Origin: Azolla caroliniana
Taxonomy: Eukaryota; Plantae; Polypodiophyta
Assembly (NCBI GenBank): GCA_043228905.1
Contig: JBHGNT010000007.1
Span: forward strand, 22,196,001 to 22,260,000
Length of the DNA stretch: 64,000 bases
Direction: 5' to 3'
The notes beneath the pieces were generated by a model that searched no databases, was not told where the DNA came from, and was given only the letters and a program-made list of their open reading frames with translations. Position 1 is the stretch's first letter, and every line of letters starts with the position of its first letter. The position numbers and the translations under genes are program-made. Positions 58,491 through 64,000 of this stretch are shown here, piece after piece.

Positions 58491-60816
58491 ATGCTACTAT
58501 TGTTGTTTGGAGGGATCTTATTTAGAAAGAGAGATACGTTGTTGGTTTAAGATGGATTTATTTGTTTAGAAGAAGCGGAATTTTAAATTTTTGCGTTTAT
58601 CATAAAACCTAACGTTTTGTTCAATCGACATAATGTCTTGACATGCATTTTTGTGTCTGTCTATATTTTACGTTCAGTTCCTTCTTCTGGGTGCAGTTCC
58701 GTTTCCAAAGCATGTGTTCCATTTGAAGAACCTCGGTGTGGAGGCTGTCGTCACCTTGAATGAGCCATATGAAACACTCGTATCACCCTCTCTTTATGAG
58801 GTGATCATTTCTGTAAAGATTTTTGTTAAACACTATATCTAGAAACATTTAGTGAATATTTTGTAGGAACATATACATTTCTGCATTGTTAGGGGCCATC
58901 TAATAAAGTCTAAAATAACCATCCTGATAGCTAAATGACCTACCTTGACATGAATCGTTAGGAAAAAGCTTTGAAAACAGCCCGCAAGTTTTTCCCCCTT
59001 ATTTTCCCAAATGCCCCTCCACTTTTCTTTGTTTCCCCCAATTACCTTTATCAACCCCTGGGAAGAGCAATTGCAATGTGCTTTTTTGAGAAAATTCCTT
59101 TTCCAAATTGTTTGTGCAATTGGAGCCATTATACTGTCCATTCATCCCTATGTCTCTCTCTCTTTTGATGGTTGAAGAGTCATTTAGGGGAAATAAAGAA
59201 ACTCGGGGTTATTTCGAATTTTCCCCTAATTAGCAAAAGCAAGGGAAACAAATTGCCCAGATATCAAAATGTTGTGATCAACTTTTACAGAGTCAGAGGA
59301 TGAAGCATCTTGTAATTCCTACTCGGGACTACTATTTTGCACCATCTTTTGGTGATATTCAGCGTGCCATCGACTTCATCCATGGTAGAACTTCAGCTTA
59401 AATAAAAATATTAGTCATGTTGCTGTTCTTTTATTGCTATGGAATTATACGTGAAGGATTTGAGTCACATCTATATCTTTTGTGGCAGGAAATGTAGAGC
59501 AGAAGAAAACTACATATGTGCATTGCAAGGCCGGGCGTGGAAGAAGTACTACTATCGTCCTGTGTTATTTGGTACGAAATGTGCTGGTTTTCGTATGGAT
59601 TACATTCTTTTTACGATATAACAATTGTTTCTGTTTTTCACTGTTTTGTATATAAAACGATGGTTTGTTTCTCATGGATTACATTCTTTTCTTGTAAAAA
59701 AGCAATAGTTTGCATTCGTTTTTGTATAACACAATGACTTTGTCTATTCATGATGATTTAAATTCTTTTTTTGATATAACAATGGTGGTGTTTTCACATT
59801 TTTTTTGTATAAAACAATGGTTTGTTTTGTCACGAGCTATTTTCTCGTTTTTGTGTACTAACAATGGTTTTGTTTTCCGATGGATTACAGTCCTTGTCTG
59901 AGTAAAACATGAATTATGGATTATGTTCTTTTTTTTTATATAACAAATAGATGACCTTCATTCTGTAAAATTTTCTTGAAAGGTCAAGTATAGGGGGATG
60001 ACACCATTAGATGCATTTCATCATGTTCGATCTAAAAGGCCACGCATCCAGTTGGCAGATTCACAATGGAAGGTTTGTGCTTTGATTGTTCCTTTTATCT
60101 TTATAATGGGCATATTTTGTTGGCTCTTTTATTATCATTATATCTTTGTAATGGACATATTTTATATTATTTTATTATAATTATTTTTTCTTAAGAATGG
60201 GGACCATTCTTCCCTTATAATTTTTTTTTATGTGAAAAAAAGAGAAAAAGGGTTTGATCTGACTGATCAAAGTTAAAAAATGCAGGCTGTTTTAAAGTAT
60301 AGTGAGCTTCAGCAATCTCAGAAAGTGGGCGTCGTGGCTCCATTCCACTCTATATCACATCATTTACCCAAGGATAAACACTTCCAAGGTAACCACAACA
60401 TTATTCGATCGACAATAAGTCATCACTGCTATGAACTCTATTGTTGTGACGACGAATCGCCTGTCTTTGTGACATTATTGGATCTCGAGGGTTATGACAA
60501 GGAGGTCGAAGAAGGCTATCTTCTGCAACGAGATGAATTGCAAGGGAATGCCGGGCTTGTGTGCAAAATGGGAGTAATGACTGCGAAAAGTGTAATAAGT
60601 GTGGCCAAAGCATCAGTAGCATTGGCCAGATTGTCATATATATGGCTTGGTTATCAAAGGCAGAATCAAGCTATTTTTAGTAGGGATCAAGCTTTGTTTA
60701 GTATCACTTCGGAATGTAGCACCGCTAGTAATTCTTCAATATCAGACACTAATGGGCAAGCTCACCTACCCATAATTTCGGTCCCTATTTGCCAACAAGG
60801 ACTTGTTGAATGCTGA
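57239..60816 (+). CDS. PTPMT1: Dual-specificity / phosphatidylglycerophosphate phosphatase PTPMT1 (DSP8-like), 6 exons
   Basis: Exons ~57239-57547, 58678-58800, 59291-59384, 59489-59571, 59983-60072, 60286-60816; GAGARILFYPTL, LLLGAVPF, IPTRDY, catalytic VHCKAGRGRS. Confidence 0.92.
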
Positions 60817-62347
60817 CCTTTCCTCACCTTCACCTTTTGTAATTCAAAGCAAAAAAAGATAGGAGGTGTGTGTGTTTGCATTTTGTTACATATAAAGAGA
60901 TAATTTTCTGTATATGCCCAAGGCTTTTCTCGAAGAATAATATAAACCAAAATCCCATGAAAGATTTCGTCAGCCAGAAATTATAACATATAAGGTGGCG
61001 ATGAAGACATGAAAGGAAGACTAAATATTAGTCCATCATTAGCCTATGCTGGAATAATAAAATATCCTTACGTGACAATTGTTATTTTTCTTTACTTCGA
61101 AAATTTCCTTTTAAGTTTATCATCAGGTTCAGTTTGCTTAAAATCCTACCACATTGCTAGTAAAGCAGCACTGTTATACACAAGTTGCATTGGTTTCCAC
61201 GTGTATTGATATCTACAATTAGGGAACAGTCGTTTTGTGTATAGGTAGAACATTTATGTATAAGTTTATGCAATGATGAGTTATACTTTGTAACTGGCGT
61301 GATTCTTCTTGTAGATCGCATAACTTGAAGTAGTTTCTGAATACATTCAGAACAAGGTGTAATCACATGACAGGGAATCATATGTGCATCTGTGAATATT
61401 GTTGATTGATTAAATCATGCCACAAGCCTTGACATACCAATGTATATAATGGTGAGGAGAAGAATTATATATCCAGGCAGAACGAAGTGGAGATGTGTAG
61501 TAAGAAATTGACACCTCTACCAAGTGAATGAATGCACCTTCAAGTTCAGACCTTAATAGGGGAGAGATGAAAATTTTGAACATAAAATTGAATCATCACA
61601 TGTATTTTTGTATTTATTTTAAGCTGCAGTTTATACAATGTTCAATATCGTTGCAAATTTGACTTGCAGCAAGTTAAATTTTGTAGAGATTACATGCCGT
61701 CATTGATCAATTGGCCAAAGCATAAAATGGCTTCTACTACCATCTCATAACTCGCATGTAAAATATCCAACAAAGCACATTTCTCGCAAATCATGGTCTT
61801 TGGTCTATATGTTTTCAAGTGAGGTTTCACCACATCCTGTAGAGTTTTTTGCTTCGATCACATAATCATGTTGCATACAAGATAGGTGTGGTATTTTGCT
61901 ATTTTCTTCCCAAGAGAAAAGCAAAGTAAAAATATTGGCAGAGTGCTTATTCACTCGAGGCTGACTCACTGCATACAATTATATTGGTATTATTTTCACT
62001 AATACAAATAAACTTTAGAAAATGCTCAGTATAGTCACCTTGGAGTACAAGATAAAAAAATGTGACATGATAATTAAAAAGAACCCATATACAATGGGTG
62101 AAACGGTGAGCCCTTAACAACCCGTGTCAAGCACTTGCATTGTTAATGGATGCTCATGCACACTGAGGTAGTTTCATATTATAGAAATGGTTTACAAAAA
62201 CAAGGTAAAATTATACATGGAAAAAATCAAGAATTTTTTCGTACTCAAACCTTTCCCCCCCTTCATTCAGGCTATAGATATATCTCATTCAATAATATGA
62301 AGAATGAAGGTACTGTACTGTATATAGAACCTGAAGAACAAAACAGT

Positions 62348-63175
62348 CTATAATCTGTCTGCTATCTTTGTTAAAGCACCAGCAAGCTTGCCCAAAACAC
62401 CAATCAAGCTCTCCATTTGATCTTTCCTTTGATTCCTATCGAGCTCGCTATTTACATTTTGTGACTCCAAATGGGCCGTCAAAACTTGGCTATTGGATTC
62501 TAGCATTGAGTATAGTTGAGACTTGAACTCGTCGGTTTCTTCATTTGTCGAGTCACCCACTGGCCTCTTTCTCTTGCGCCGAGCATTTGCATTCGAGGCA
62601 ACAACCTTGCCCTCATGTTGCATTGCATTTAATTCTCCATTATTGAACCGAGCACTGTCACACATGCCTGAAAGAAAGATAGATAGATATATTAACATCT
62701 TTCACCTGAGAAACATTTGTACTGATTAGATACATATATGTAATGAATATGTATCTGTACCACATGTGTATGTATATGCATATGTATGTGTGTAATTATA
62801 TGTGTGTATGTTCACCCATATGATATGCATATGCATCTGAACCTATATCACATGTATGTGATGCACATTGAACATTACATTTGCATGTATACAATAAGTC
62901 TGAGTATTTTATTGCAAGTGTCCTGATGATGAAGCAAGAAGATTTTGTCTACCTGTTGGAGGGCCATGGGCAATGGCAGGGCTTTCTAGAGCTTGATTAA
63001 CCATTACTTCCTTCTCAGATGTGGGAGGCACTACATCCCCACCTATGCAACCACTATCAAAGATAACTTGGTCTCCACAGTAGGGACTTTTCCCGACCAG
63101 CGGATCAAAATAACTTTGTTCATAGCACACTTGCATGTGATTCTCTGTCTTAGTGTGGCTACTCATCAGGAACAA
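62348..63175 (-). CDS. Trihelix transcription factor (ASR3/SH4-like), 3' exons; upstream boundary uncertain
   Basis: Last exon 62348-62667 (RRKRKR NLS; LESNSQVLTAHLESQNVNSELDRNQRKDQ..LGKLAGALTKIADRL); preceding exon ends ~62953 at a GT donor. Confidence 0.75.
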
Positions 63176-64000
63176 ATAGGGAAGATGGCTTTCAATCTTT
63201 CTAACACTGCCAACATAAACATAAGAGTAAACACAATGGAATTATGTAAGCATCACAATTCAATGATCCCCCTCTTATTTGTGACTTCATTCATAAATTA
63301 TGAAATGGTAAATGGTGGAAAACGTAGAGATTAATATGGGAAAGATCAAATACAATCCAGGAATACCTGTATCGGTAACATAAGTCATTTCTACATAGTT
63401 CAGTATGTGATGCCAAGTTCCATACAAATCATTCAAATCATTCAAATCATTACATAGGATACTAATCAAGTATATGATGCCAATCAAACCATATAAAAAT
63501 CATTACGTAATGTCAATCAAATCATGTTACTCCTCATGTAATGCTTATGAATCCTTATGTCATCCTCATAAATTAATCCAATCAGAATTACACCATGCTA
63601 ATCAAATTATTTGAACCATTACGATATGTCAATTAATCATTTAAATTCCACACATCCACCAATTAAATGGCTCTTTCCAAAAACATTCAGCAAGCCATGA
63701 CAAACCCACATGAACTCAAATCAAATAAAATCTTTATTAATTATCATGGAAGGCCTCCAAAAAGAATGCGCTCATAAAGAACATGCTGGAGCAAATATGA
63801 AACAAACGAGAACCAAATTTAATATATGCCCAATAAAAGAAAATCCCAAACACGTTCTGTGATTACCATACCATATTTTTCTGAACCCTACTGGAAATTT
63901 TCCTAATTTCGTGCAACATTTTCGGAATAAAAAGAAAACCCAAAAGGCACACATACAGGCACACACCTGACCTTGAAGGAAGAAACCCTATATGGGCGAG

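Overview
Eukaryotic, AT-rich, repeat-dominated land-plant DNA; the element types and gene content suggest a moss (Physcomitrium-like), which is inference. About 7.2-29.4 kb is a nested LTR-retrotransposon stack resolved by target-site duplications (TSDs). An old Copia (7215-29375) holds two related Gypsy elements with tRNA-Trp primer sites (8427-13112 and 13977-26701), and the second holds a young, apparently intact Copia (18876-24352). Elsewhere are a chromodomain Gypsy (40491-46290) and an unclassified 1.8-kb TIR element (46714-48526), both inside one LINE. There are also two further LINE fragments, self-nested hAT-type MITEs, a non-coding LTR element, a likely solo LTR and a ~103-bp tandem array. 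Host genes: a 5-exon uncharacterised plant gene (32495-35491), a PTPMT1/DSP8-type phosphatase (57239-60816) and the 3' end of an ASR3-like trihelix factor. Two signals stand out. First, an intact tRNA gene with an Ala-type body, a GAC (Val) anticodon and a G4:U69 wobble (2824-2896). Second, antisense tRNA-derived A-box/B-box (Pol III) cassettes in the U3 of all six Gypsy LTRs, from two unrelated lineages. Coordinates were read by eye and may be off by a few bases.
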